From Octopus sinensis (lineage: Eukaryota), in contig NC_042999.1 of NCBI RefSeq assembly GCF_006345805.1, forward strand, positions 14,694,001 through 14,758,000: a stretch of DNA of 64,000 nt. Reading direction: 5' to 3'. This document shows positions 11,870 through 24,457 of this stretch, piece by piece (position 1 is the stretch's first letter; every line of letters starts with the position of its first letter). The notes below the pieces were generated by a model, which had not been told where the DNA came from, did no database searches, and worked only from the letters and a program-made list of their open reading frames with translations. A program made the translations under genes and the position numbers.

Positions 11870-13960
11870 AAATGCTTTTATCATTTCACTGAAGTTAATT
11901 CTCTCTTCAAGTTCTCTCTCTCAATACTCGAGATTTCTAGGTCATTCAGTTTTTCGTGTGTCATTAAATGCCTCAAGAATTTCTTGATTAGCTTCAGATT
12001 GTTGCAAGATCTTTCTCGCAGCAGATGCTATCATAACAGACAACCTGCAAAATATTAGCACTGCAGTACATTCACCTGAGAAAACGTAATTTAATTTATA
12101 CATCTTTATTTTTTAATCTAAAAGCTGACGAGGCCCCATATCTTCAAATTTGTATTATGAAAACGTACTTTGTGCGTTGGACAAAACGCTTAGTGGCATT
12201 TCTCCCAGCTCTTTACTCTCTGAGTTCAAATCCTGATGAGGGTCAGCTTTGCTTTTCATCCCTTCATCTATAAAATGAAAAACCAATCAAGTACTGGGGT
12301 CAATGTGACTAACTTGTCCCCCACCCCTTCAAAATTGCTGGCCAGGAACTTTTGAATTGGATGGCATCCTATTTATGGGAATGTTGTTATTTTGGTCAAT
12401 TATACATCATAAGTGACCAGCCTTGTGCATTCTAAGACTCATCATCATCGTCATCATTGTTTAACGTCCGCTTTCCATGCTAGCATGGGTTGGACGATCT
12501 GACCAAGGGCTGGCAAACCAGATGGCCGCACCAGGCTTCAATCTTGATCTGGCAGAGTTTCTACAGCTGGATGCCCTTCCTAACGTCAACTACTTCGAGA
12601 GTATAGTGGGTGCTTTTATGTGCCACCAGCACAGGGCCAGTCAGGTAGTACTGGCAACAACCTCGCTCAAATCCTTTACACATGCCACCAGCACAGGTCA
12701 AGATAAAAAAAAATCGTAAATTACTTCATTTCCTCCAGTAGGGATTCTAAAAGTCCGTCTGGATATTTGTCCAATATTTTTGTACATGTCCACTTGAGTT
12801 CATAATATTTCATTCTTTGATATTACCACAGATAGCTGCAAAATCTATTTATTGTAGACATTGATTGCCAGACTGTCAAATCACTTTGGCACTCTGGCAA
12901 TTAATGACAACAAAGAAGGCATTCATTTCAAATTCAGATTCACCAAAACCACCATAAAGATGACCATTTCCAGAAATTCTTTGGCTCAACATCATCCTCA
13001 TCATCATTTAACGTCCGCTTTTCATGCTGGCATGGGTTGGACGGTTCAACTGGGGTCTGGGAAGCCAGAAGGCTGCACCAGGCCCAGTCTGATCTGGCAG
13101 AGTTTCTACAGCTGGATGCCCTTCCTAATGCCAACCGCTCCAAGAGTGTAGTGGGTGATTTTATGTGCCACTGGCATGCAGTCCAGTCAGGCAGTACTGG
13201 CAATGACTTCACTCGAAACTTTTTACACATGCCACTGGCACAGGTACCAGTAAGGCGATGCTGGTAACTATCATGCTCGAATGGTGCCTTTTACGTGCCA
13301 CCGGCACAGAAGCCAGTTAGCCACTCTGGCATCGATCACACTTGGATGGTGCTCTTAGTACCCTACTAGCACGGGACACAAGTGCCAGTAAGGCGACGCT
13401 GGTAATGATCACACTCGAATGGTGCCTTTTACGTGCCACTAACACAGAAACGGAAGCACATTGTTTAAAAGCGACTTGAGCTTTGCCATCTCCATGACCA
13501 CCATGTAGAGGCTCACCACCTCTACACCCACCATGTAGAAATTTGTGACTGACCTCCTGTAGAGGTTCCACCATGTAGAGGTTTGTTACCCCAATGTCCA
13601 GTGTAGCTTCTCTTGCTTGGATGATCTGACTTCTTCCATTGATCTGTCCGAGAAGCTTCAGCCACATCAATGACATAAGAACAGAAATGGAAGAGGACAA
13701 GGATGTCGTTACAGTATTGATTTCCTAAACGTTTCTTTTTTAGCTTTAGTTTAAGTAACAGAAATTTCTTAAGTGCAAGTCATATTACAGTAAGACGAAC
13801 TGTATGTAAATGGCCTCTCAGTTTTCACTGTCTGTGGTGGGATTTGCACACACTATCCATGGGAAAAGCTTTGCATTAAAGACCAAAACACAAAAAAAGA
13901 AAGCTGTAGACTGTTTACATAACTTCAAAAAAGTTTCGTTTTGCATATTTATTTGCTCAT
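11870..13960 (-). pseudogene. Decayed hAT transposase fragmented by SINE and RTE insertions
   Basis: Minus-strand remnants: FSGECTAVLIFCRLSVMIASAAR / LKLIKKFLRHLMTHEKLNDLEISSIERE (dimerisation domain), KYPDGLLESLLEEMK, LMWLKLLGQINGRSQIIQAREATLDIGV; frameshifts and stops. Confidence 0.75.
13000..13445 (-). mobile_element. RTE 3' UTR fragment with about four 62-bp modules
   Basis: Family-C tail and modules. Confidence 0.85.
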
Positions 13961-14323
13961 TAGCCATTAATTATTAATAATTTGGTTGATTCCAGAATCA
14001 ATAGGTGATGTAAATAAGTAACTTATGAAATTCAGTAAGGTCAAGTTAAGTAAGTTTTGTTGTTTTAGTTGTATTTAATTAAAATTAATGAGATACAGAA
14101 AATAAGATATTGATAAATGATAAAAACATAATATTGCATTATTTAACAAAACTATAACTCATCCCCTTGATATGAAGTTTAACTCTGCACCCTACGCCTA
14201 GCACAATATCCATATCATGTTAAGCATCAAAGTGAAAGTATGTTGATTATAAAGATAAAACTTTGGCTTTTAAGTATTATGAAGCATTTGTAAGATTTAA
14301 ATGTTACAAATGGTTTATAAGTA

Positions 14324-14494
14324 GGCGTAAGAGTGGCTGTGTGGTTAGTAGCTTGCTTACGAACCACATCATTCCGGGTTCAGTCCCATTGCATGGCACC
14401 TTGGGCAAATGTCTTTTACTATAGCCTCGGGCCAACCAAAACCTTGTGAGAGGATTTGGTAAACAGAAACTGAAAGAAGCTCATTGTATATATA

Positions 14495-14549
<55 letters not shown>

Positions 14550-14770
14550 GTGTGTATATGTTTGTGTATGTGTTTGTTCCCCCCCAACATCGCTTGACAA
14601 CTGATGCTGGTGTGTTAACGTCCCTGTAACTTAGCAGTTCGGCAAAAGAAATCGATAGAATAAGTACTAGGCTTACCAAGAATAAGTCCTAGGGTCGATT
14701 TGCTTGATCAACTAAAGGCAGTGCTCCAGCATGGCCACAGTCAAATGACTGAAACAAGTAAAAGAGTAAT
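14324..14770 (+). mobile_element. Family-B SINE
   Basis: Full-length copy. Confidence 0.9.
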
Positions 14771-15069
14771 CCTTAAAAGCCTTGTTATTAACCAAGGAAA
14801 TGTGATTGGTTTCAAATTTTGGCACCATTCTGGGGGAAGGGGTAAGTCAATTACATTGACCCCAATGTTCAAATTGTACTTACTTTAATGACCCCAAAAG
14901 GGATGAAAGGAAAAGTTGACCTCTTCAGAATTTGAAATAAAAACACAAAAACAAACAAAATGTCATTAAGCATTTCACCTGTCATCCTAACGACTCTGCC
15001 TGTTAATTGCTTGTAAATATGGTATTAAGAACAATCGAACCCTTTTCATATTGCAGCTGCTTCTACACA

Positions 15070-15360
15070 TTGAGAGGCCACAGCTTTGGTACAATGGACG
15101 AGTATTAGAATGCAGCAGGAAAGAATTACAAGACAGATTTTTCAAGCCAAGCCAACTGGCAGGAGACCTAGATGTAGATCAAGGAGGAGATGGTTGGATA
15201 ACATCCATAGTCATGGTTGGCTGTATTTGAAAATTCAACCAGAAAGTGTAATGATGGTTGCCTCTGATAGAAGCCAATGGAAGGGGTGCCTGAGGACTCC
15301 CAACAACCATTCCATGAATAGTGGGTGGAGAAAATGGATGGACAGAGGGAAGAACCATTG
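15070..15360 (+). pseudogene. RTE LINE ORF C-terminal fragment
   Basis: IRMQQERITRQIFQAKPTGRRPRCRSRRRWLDNI...ASDRSQWK matches the RTE GRRPRGRP-x-RW motif. Confidence 0.8.
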
Positions 15361-15502
15361 ATGATGAAATATTTATATTTGTTTGCTTTGAACATTTAAC
15401 ACTGGAAGTACCTCAGACGTTTGTCTGAGGTACTTGTCCAGGAGTACCCTGGTCTAATGTCACCTGATATAATTAAAAGGAATGGTTGTTTAGAGTATTC
15501 AA

Positions 15503-15977
15503 CCCTTTCAATACCAACCTGGCTGAAACCACCTCTGGCTCTGTAGTATAAATGTCTTGTTTTCATAAGTTTGAAATTAAAATCTTCCACTAAACCTTAG
15601 TCACAATTTATGTTTGTATCACTAGCTTAATGACAACTAATTTATTTTACCAAATTCTTTGTTATATTTAAAATTAATTGAAAGAAACACAGAGCATCTC
15701 AATAGAAATATGATAATAAAAGGGTTAAAATATATAATAGAGAAACAATTCTTAACCCTTTCGATACCAACCCAGCTGAAACCGCCTCTGGCTCAGTAGT
15801 GCAAATGTTTTGTTTTCATAAATTTTGAATTAAAATCTTCCACCAAACCTTAGTCATAATTTATGTTCCTAACACTAGATTAATGATAACTAAGTTATTT
15901 TACCAAATTCTTTGTTATATTTAAAATTAATTGAAAGAAACACAGAGCATCTCAAAATAAATACAGTAACAAAAGTG
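15503..15977 (-). mobile_element. Family-D MITE dimer
   Basis: Copies at 15503-15724 and 15756-15977 joined by a 31-bp TTAA-bounded spacer. Confidence 0.85.
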
Positions 15978-16553
15978 TTAAAGGTGTTGGACACCATTTA
16001 GTTTGTCATGTGTATGGTATGGCAAGGCGGCGAGCTGGCAGAAATGTTAGCACACCAGGCGAAATGCTTAGCGGTATTTCATCTGCCGCTATGTTCTGAA
16101 TTCAAATTCCGCCGAGGTCAACTTTGCCTTTCATCCTTTCGGGGTCGATAAATTAAGTACCAGTTATGCACTGGGGTCGATATAGTCAACTTAATCCGTT
16201 TGTCTGTCCTTGTTTGTTCCCTCTGTGTTTAGCCCCTTGTGGGTAGTAAAGAAATAGGTATTGTGGTGGATCAGCTGATTGATCAAGCGGTTGGTAGCAT
16301 TGTCGATGATGACCACCCATATTGACCGACAGCAGCAGATAGACTTTACTGTAGATCTAATCATGTGGCTGGTAGTGAAGTCAGTGATATTCATTCACTG
16401 ATGCAAATGTTGCCAGATGGCTCTGCTTTAGGAAAATCATTTACTTAGCAGTGTTATTAATGTTTGTTCTCTTTGATAGATATCATCTGACAGTTTTGTT
16501 TTGAAAATTATGTGGTTAGTTGTGTTGGCAATAATTTCTATTCCTTTTGATAG

Positions 16554-16578
16554 ATATGACTTTTATGGAGAGAATTAA
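16554..16578 (+). CDS. Candidate 25-nt micro-exon (xMTFMERIx)
   Basis: ttctattccttttgatAG acceptor and GTAAGT donor; one open frame (phase 1 to 2). Confidence 0.25.
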
Positions 16579-16754
16579 GTAAGTATTGTGATGTGGGGAG
16601 CGATTTTTTTAATACAAAGTTATTAGATTTTTGCACGATATGGTGGAATTCTATCATTTGAGAGGCCTCAAGCAGACTAATCTAGCATCGCCTTTAAATT
16701 ATAAATAGGCCCTCGTGTGTGCATTCATTAAAAGACCCAATCCTTGTTGTGGGA

Positions 16755-16900
16755 GAGTGGCTTGTGTGTCCCAATGACCCTGAGAGCTATACCAATGGAG
16801 AGGAAGCACCTGGTAGGGCATTCTTGCTGGACAGGTCAAAGGTTAGTGGCCAGACTAATACGAGACACCTCTTCTTGCATAGGGCCAACACCCCAAACAA
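16755..16900 (+). mobile_element. RTE-type 5' UTR fragment
   Basis: GTGGCTTGTGTGTCCCAATGACCCTGAGAGCTAT...TGGTAGGG...GACAGGTCAAAGG..GGCCAGAC resembles recalled RTE 5' ends. Confidence 0.55.
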
Positions 16901-17499
16901 GGAAAAACAAAGTTACAGAACTATTAATAACAATTTAAAGCCAACAAAACCGGATAGAGGAAGGCCTTGGCACAGGGAAACATAATTCCCTAAAAATAGT
17001 TGGAAGCAGGGTCCTGGGATAGAGCTGATAAAGCAAAGATCCTACAAGAGAGAAGTCAGGAAGGGAGCTCAATGTAGGGAACAGTAGCAAAAAAGTCATT
17101 GATGATCTATGCTCAACAGGAAACAAAGGTTTCAAGTGTGTACAGGGTCAGTTGGATATTTACAAGTTCAACCTGTCTCTCAAAAGTTTTGTGTCAAACT
17201 GCTACTTTATAATTGGTGGTGATAAGGCATAATCCAACCCACATTTTATGCACTCTCATATCTTTTACATACTTCTCATGATGATGATGATCATCATCAT
17301 TTAACGTCCGCTTTCCATGCTAGCATGGGTTGGACGATTTGACTGAAGACTGGCAAACCAGATGGCTGCACCAGGCTCCAATCTGATCATTTTGTGTTAA
17401 TTTTAACATCAACATCCCTATGTCATTCATACAAATCTTTACTTCTCCTTAATCTTCTATGTATAATCATTAACAAGCAGCCTAGACATCTCTTGACAG

Positions 17500-17900
17500 A
17501 TTTGAGCTGTTATTAGAAACAGTGTCTTCGTAAACATTATCCAATGAAGAGGTGACAACTTAATCTCCTTCAACAGCTTTAAGACACAATCTCTTCACCT
17601 GATCAACACCTAATTAGAGTTCTGAAACTTGCTACTAATACTAAAGCTAACAACCCTAGACCATCCCTCATGGCAACCTCATGCATACAACAAACAAAAC
17701 TGTATCTCAAAGACCAGGCTTTATATATTCAGGGCTACAGAATACTTCAGTTCAAGCTAGATACTGATCTTTTACAAAGCTCAAGTAAATCCTGTATCAA
17801 ACGACTGATGCTACACACAAACAGCATCGATGGAATGAAAAAGAAAGCCATTTAGCAGAGTTCAAATACTCATCATGATGGAACAATCTCTGATGCATGA
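17500..17900 (+). pseudogene. Possible highly decayed R4-clade LINE fragment
   Basis: Weak peptide resemblance (SSPDQHLIRVLKL, QHRWNEKESH). Confidence 0.3.
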
Positions 17901-17940
17901 GCACTGTTGTTTTTCCATCTTCTATAATTATTACAATGTC

Positions 17941-18168
17941 TGGGCCTCATGGAGGCAAATTAGCTGAGTTCCTTTCAAGCAATAGGCCTCATAGAGGCAA
18001 AGTAGTTGAGTTCCTTTTGAGCATTGGGCCTCGCGGAAACAAAGTGGCTGAGTTCCTTTTGAGTGATGGGCCTTGCGGAGGCAAAGCGGCTGGGTTCCTT
18101 TCAAGTGATTGGCCTCCCAGAGGCAAAGTGGTTGAGTTCCTTTCGAGTGATGGACCTCACAGAGGCAA
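17941..18168 (+). repeat. 42-bp tandem repeat, about 5.4 copies
   Basis: Unit TGGGCCTCGCGGAGGCAAAGTGGCTGAGTTCCTTTCGAGTGA starting at 17941, 17983, 18025, 18067, 18109 and 18151. Confidence 0.9.
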
Positions 18169-18460
18169 TGACTGAGACCTTTGGCATTATGTCGTGCTCA
18201 AGAAGAAGACCCATCATGCCAAGCAAAATCACAGTCATAGCAGATACCAGTGTCACACAAATGGCACCCATGCTGGAGGCACATAAAAGCGCCCATTACA
18301 CTCTTGGAGTGGTTGGCATTAGGAAGGGCATCCAGCCATAGAAAACCATTCCAAATCAGACTGGAGTCTAGTGCAGCCTTCCAGCTTGCCAGCTCTGATC
18401 AAACCATCCAACCCATCCATGCCAGCATGGACAACAGACATTATATGATGATGATGATGT
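18151..18460 (+). mobile_element. RTE ORF end plus 3' UTR with (GAT)n tail
   Basis: DLTEAMT... remnant followed by family-C sequence. Confidence 0.8.
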
Positions 18461-18959
18461 ATATCAACTGCAACTACCTCACTAGACACGAAGAGCCTTC
18501 AACAGCTAAGGGAGCTGCTTTTCCTCCCTAACTAATTAAATTAAAAAGAACATATGTTATATCATTTGGTTTAATTCATCAGTGTGAAATCTTACTGATA
18601 CTAACTGCATTTTATTTTTCCAGAGTTGGCAAAATAGATGCCATTTCATAAACCCTTTCTTGCCAAAACTGATCTACTAACTTCAGTCAAGTCTTTTCTA
18701 AGCAAGCAAATAAACAGATGAACTGATTGTTTAAACTAAAATTATCTAAAAGGATCTCACAGACAATGAACAATATCATTGCTTCAGATATTAATGATAA
18801 AAATGACACACTGAAGACTCTTTCAACTGTTTGAATGGACTGATGGTCCAATGTATTTAACAAATATCAAAAGAGATAGAAATGAATGAATATGTCTAAC
18901 AGAGAAAATTAGCTTTGCATGGTCTGTAGGAAAGTGATGTATGTGATAATCACAATAAG

Positions 18960-19171
18960 TGTTTTGAATTTTGGCACAAGGCCTGCTATCTCAGGGGAAG
19001 GGGTAAGTCAGTTTACATCAACCCCAGTTTCCAACTGGTACTTATTTTAAGGACCCCGAAAGGATGAAGGCAAAGTCAACCACGGCAGAATTGGAACTCA
19101 GAACATGAAGATAGATGAAATGCCACTAAGCATTTTGTCTGGTGTGCTAATGATTTTGCCAGCTCACTGCC

Positions 19172-19213
<42 letters not shown>

Positions 19214-21075
19214 GTAATAATAATAATAATAATGGTTTCAAATTTTGCCACAAGGGAAGCAATATCAAGGGAGGGAATGAATCAATTACATTGACCCAAG
19301 TTTTCAACAGGTACTTATTTTCATTGACCCTGAAAGGATGGAAAGTAAAGTTGACCTCAGAGGAATTTGAACTCAGAACATAGCAACGGACGAAATAACA
19401 CCAAGAATTCTGTCCAGCATGCTAACAATTCTGCCAGCTCGCTGCCTTTATAATAATCATCATCATTTAACATCCACTTTCCATGCTAGCATGGGTTAGA
19501 AGATTTTGACTGATGGCTGCACCAGGCTCCAATCTTGATTTGGCAAAGTTTCTACAGCTGGATGTCCTTCCTAATGCCAACCACTCCGTGAGTGTAGTGG
19601 GAGCTTTTTACATGCCACCGGCAAGGGGGCCAGTCAGGCAGTACTGGCAACGACCTCGCTCGAATCTTTTTACACATGCCACCAGCACAGGTGCCAGTAA
19701 GGTGACGTTGGTAACGATCACGCTTGAATGGTGCCAATAATAATAATAATAATAATCCTTTCTACTAAAGACACAAGATCTGAAATTTTGTTGGGAGGGG
19801 TCTAGTGAAATACATCAACCCCAGTGTATCATTGGAACTTAATTTATCAACCCTCAAAGGATGAAAGCAAAGCTGCCCTCCGTGGAATCTGAACTCAGAA
19901 CATAAAGACAGACAAAATGTCACTTAGCATTTTGCCCAGTGTGCTAACGATTCTGCCAGCTTGCTGCCTTATGTAATAATAATAATCCTTTCTGCTTTAG
20001 GCACAAGGCCTGAAATTTGTGGGGAGGGGGTAAGCCGATGACATCGACCCCAGTGCATAACTGGTACTTACTTAATTGACCCTGAAAGGATGAAAGGCAA
20101 AGTTAACCTTGGCAGAATTTGAACTCAGAACATAAAGACAGACGAAATGCCATTAAGCATTTTACCTGGTATGCTAACGATTCTGCCAGCTTGCTGCCTT
20201 TAATAATAATAATAATAAGAAGAAGAAGAAGAAGAAGAAGGGGTTCAGATTTTGGTAGAGGGCTGGCAGTTTTTGAGGGGAGGGAGCAGTCAATTAAGTC
20301 AAGCCCAGTATTTGACTTGTACTTATTTTATCAACCCAAAATGGATGAAAGGCAAGTCAATTTGAATGGGATTTGACATCAGAAAGTAAAGAACTGCTAA
20401 GCATTTTGTCTGATACAATAACAATTGAACCAGCTTGATGTCTTAAATAACAATCCCTTCTGCTCTAAGAACAAGGCCTATAGAAATCTGAAGGGGTGGG
20501 GAGGAAGTCGATTATATTGACCCCAGTACTTGACTGATACTTATTTTATTAACCCTGAAAGGATGAAAAATGAAGCTGGCCTTGGTGGAATTTGAACTCA
20601 GAATGTAAAATGGACAAAATACCACTAAGCTTTTGTCTGGGGTGCTAACAATTCTGCTAGCTCACTGCCTTGATGCCTTAATAATAATAATAATTTATAT
20701 TATAGACACAAGGACTGAAGTTTTGGGGGAGAGGGTCAGTCAGTTAGATCAACTTCAGTACACAACTGGTACTTGATTTATTGACCCAGAAAGGATGAAA
20801 GACAAAGTCAACCTCGATGGAATTTGAACTCAGAATGTAGCGATAGGTGAAATACCACTAAGCATTTCATCCAGCATGCTAATGATTCTGCCAACTTGAT
20901 GCCCGAAATTTTGGGGAAGGGATTAAATTAATTACATCGACTCCAGTACACAACTGATACTTAATTTATCAACTCAGAAAGGATGAAAGGCCAAGTCAAC
21001 CTCAGTGGTATTTCATCTGCTGCTGCATTCTGAGTTCAAATTCTGCTAAGCTTTTCACACAGTGTGCTAATAATA
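18960..21075 (-). mobile_element. Cluster of about eight (TAA)n-tailed family-A SINE variants
   Basis: Head-to-tail copies separated by (TAA)n tracts; one RTE tail interposed at 19455-19737. Confidence 0.88.
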
Positions 21076-21289
21076 ATAATGAGAATTGTATAAAGTGCTC
21101 AGGTACACTACAATTCTTCAGAAAAAGACAAAAAGAAGGGACAGAAGGGGCAAATAAGTAAAGAAAGGCAGCAATGATAGAAGTCCATGCAGAGTTCACA
21201 TAATAAAAGACAAGAAGACTGACAGAGGGGACAGTTAAAGAGACCTAAACAAGAAAGGATGCATAAGTACATCAGTAATGTTGGGGAAT

Positions 21290-21380
21290 TTCAGGAAGAA
21301 GGAATTTTTGAAGGTTACTGTGTCCTGACAACTAATAACTGATGCAGGTAGTATATTCCATGCTTCAACAAATTGAAAGT
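21290..21380 (-). pseudogene. CR1-like LINE 3' fragment
   Basis: VEAWNILPASVISCQDTVTFK matches the CR1 C-terminal WNxLP motif. Confidence 0.6.
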
Positions 21381-21672
21381 TTGTTCCTTCTTGAGCCACG
21401 CCTGGCTTATAAGGGCCGGTTTCCCTGTTTCTTTGGCGTATAGGTTCCCCACCTGGATGGGACGCCGATCCGTCGCAGGTGAGCTGCAAGATGCAGGAGG
21501 AAAGAGTCAGAGAAAGTTGTGGTGAAAGAGTCAGCAGACGTTCGCCATTATCTTCTGCCGGAGCCGCGTGGAGCTTAGGTGCTTTTGCTCATAAACACAC
21601 ACGTCGCCCAGTCTGAGATTCGAACCTGCGATCCCTTGACCGCGAGTCCGCTGCTCTAACCACTAGGCCATA
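21381..21672 (-). mobile_element. Family-E SINE
   Basis: Homologous to 9751-10049. Confidence 0.88.
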
Positions 21673-22325
21673 TGTGAAAGCATATATATCTGTATATAAA
21701 TGCAGATGCACCCACTGAGTTACATAATCTCTTCAGTACTCTCACAATCTATTTTCTTACATTCATAGAAGGTGTGTGATATGTATATTAAACCATAGAG
21801 AAAACTCTACTGTGTATTCTCAATTAAAAATCAAAACAGGCAGCTGCCAGTTTAAGGCATTGCATAAAATAAACAGTTGGTAGATTATAAATATTTATTT
21901 AGGTATTGATTAGATGTGTGCCTGCACATATTATCTCCCTTACTTGCTATTAACTCAAGATTTATGATACAAATAGGCACAGACACGGCTGGGTACCTGA
22001 AAAGTTTTGCTTTACAACCACATGGTTTCAGGTTCAGTCCTACTGCATGGTAGCTTGAGCAAATGTCTTACCATAGTCCAGGGAGCCAATCAAAGCTTTG
22101 CTGAGTGGATTTTGTAGCAACTGTGGATCCCAGGGCCACACGCGACCCTCAAACATCCTTCCAGCAGTCCTTGAGGATCTACCCTCAAGAAATATAATTT
22201 TTTCTTTGATTGACTTGTGTTTTCTTTTGTCTGTTGCAGTCTCTTAAAAAGATCCAGGTTTGGGATCATGCCAGGATATTAAAAAGGTTGAGACCCACTG
22301 AGCTAGGAAATGGAAGAAGTCTTTT

Positions 22326-22356
<31 letters not shown>

Positions 22357-22602
22357 CACACATACACTTTTCAGTACTATAGACAACCATTCTATTTCAT
22401 TGTATCAGTTGACATTAATCCAGTGTATTCATGGAGAAGTACCTTGGATTAATGTCAACTACTACATGCTTCAAGTGTTAAATGTTCAATGCAAACAAAT
22501 AGTCTATTTTATATATATGATTTTGATTTTTCCAGTTTCAGCTAATGAGCTGTGGCCATGCTGGGGCACCGATATATATTATATATATATATATATATAT
22601 AA

Positions 22603-22670
<68 letters not shown>

Positions 22671-23470
22671 CCATACACAAACACATATATATATATATAT
22701 ATATATATACCATCATCATTTAAAGTCAGTTTCCCATGCTGGCATGGGTTGGACAATTCAACTGTGGGCTGTATCAAGCCTTGTTTGCCTTAGCATGGTT
22801 TCTACAGCCTGATGCCTTTCCTAATGCCAATCCCTTAATTTTCACGTAGCACCAGCATCAGTGGGGTCACCAAATAACCTGCAAGGAAAGACCCCACTCA
22901 ACCGAGAGGAGGGAGTATTATTAGGGGACAGAAAAAGATGTCTTGCAGCAGAGAAGACACAATGGCTGCCTCAGGTTGAAAGTGAATGGAGAGAGAGGAG
23001 GGGAAGAAGAGATGGGGGAGTGTACCCCCAAGTTACAGGAAAGTGTATACAGTGAAGTGAACCAGGGATTAGAGAGGATGGAGTGGGTGAGGAAGTTCAT
23101 GAGATTGCGAAGGAGAAAGGTAGAGGGAATGCAATGAGTGGGCACAGATGGTGGGGTATGAGGGTGATGTGTGTGTGTGTGTGTGTCACATTTCACTTGA
23201 GAACCAGTGTTAGTGTGTTTACCTCCCAGTAACTTAGTGGTTCAGAAGAAGGGACTGATAGAATAAGTACCAGATTTATAAAAATAAGCACTGATATCAA
23301 TTTAACTAGACTTCTTCAAAGTGGTACCCCAGTTTGGCCAGTGTTCAATGACAATATTTGAAGTAAAAATAAAAAAATAAATAGTGATATCAATTAGTAG
23401 ATAATCTAAAACGAAGCAATTAAGGAAGAGACTGAGAATCATTTGAGGCAGCCTCCAATGTGCAGGTTAT

Positions 23471-24100
23471 TTGAGTGAGATGGTACAGTGTTGTGTAGTC
23501 TCACTAAAACAGTCTGCGTTAGAAAGCAGCAGGAAGAACAAATACATAAATCAAAGGCTTAGATATCAAGAGAGGAACATGCTTTGAGCCAATCCTCAGT
23601 GAACTCCTAAAAAAAAAAGAAAAGAAAAAAAAGTCAAATTCCTGATTATTTTTCTGTGTAATTCTGAAACTGTCACATGACCATATCTTATAAATCTGAA
23701 GGTAAACCATTCTGTATTCCAGCATTTTCCAACTAGGGTTCTGCAAGAGGTCACAAGGGGTTTCTGTGAGAAGTAATATATAAGCTAATTTGAGTGAGAT
23801 AGTACAGTGTTGTGTAGTCTCACTAAAACAGTCTGTGTTAAAAAGCAACAGGAAAAATAAATCCATAAATCAAAGGTTCAGAAGTTAGAAGGGAAACATG
23901 CTTTGAGCCAGACCTCAGTGAACTCTTAAAAAAAAAAAAAAATCCAAACTCCTCCTTATTTTTCTGTGTAACTCTGAAACTGTCAAATGATCATATCTTA
24001 TAGATCTGAAGGTAAACCATTCTGTACCCCAGCATTTTCCAACTAGGGTTCTGCAAGAGGTCACAAGGGATTCTGCAAGAAGCAATATATAAACTAATTT
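23471..24100. repeat. 319-bp tandem duplication
   Basis: TTGAGTGAGAT.GTACAGTGTTGTGTAGTCTCACTAAAACAG at 23471 and 23790, colinear thereafter. Confidence 0.9.
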
Positions 24101-24457
24101 TATGTGAATACATTAATTTTTTTAGTAAATTTTGTGTTTAATTATTTAAAAGAATTTTTTATATATTAGTTCCACCTGATCACCCACCCTCTCTTCTAAA
24201 ATGTGAGTAGTCGAGTAGATTTTCTACAGAGAGAAACCTGACATGTTCTGATCCTTTTTTTCTCTCTCCTATATTCCTTATCCTTGAGGCATAAAGTTGC
24301 CCCCTGCCCCCATCCTGGCCTTGAGGGCTGTAATCTTGCAAGCTGCATGGTGTGTTGGGGAGGGTACGAGGCAGGAGCCAGGGCGAGTGCAAGGCGGGAG
24401 TTGGGGAGAGTGTGAGGCAGGAGTCAGGGAGAGTGTGAGGCAAGAGTTGGGAAGAGT

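Noticed and set aside
16554-16578. UDP-glucuronosyltransferase assignment from MTFMERI
   Set aside because: A seven-residue match with no other UGT exons found.
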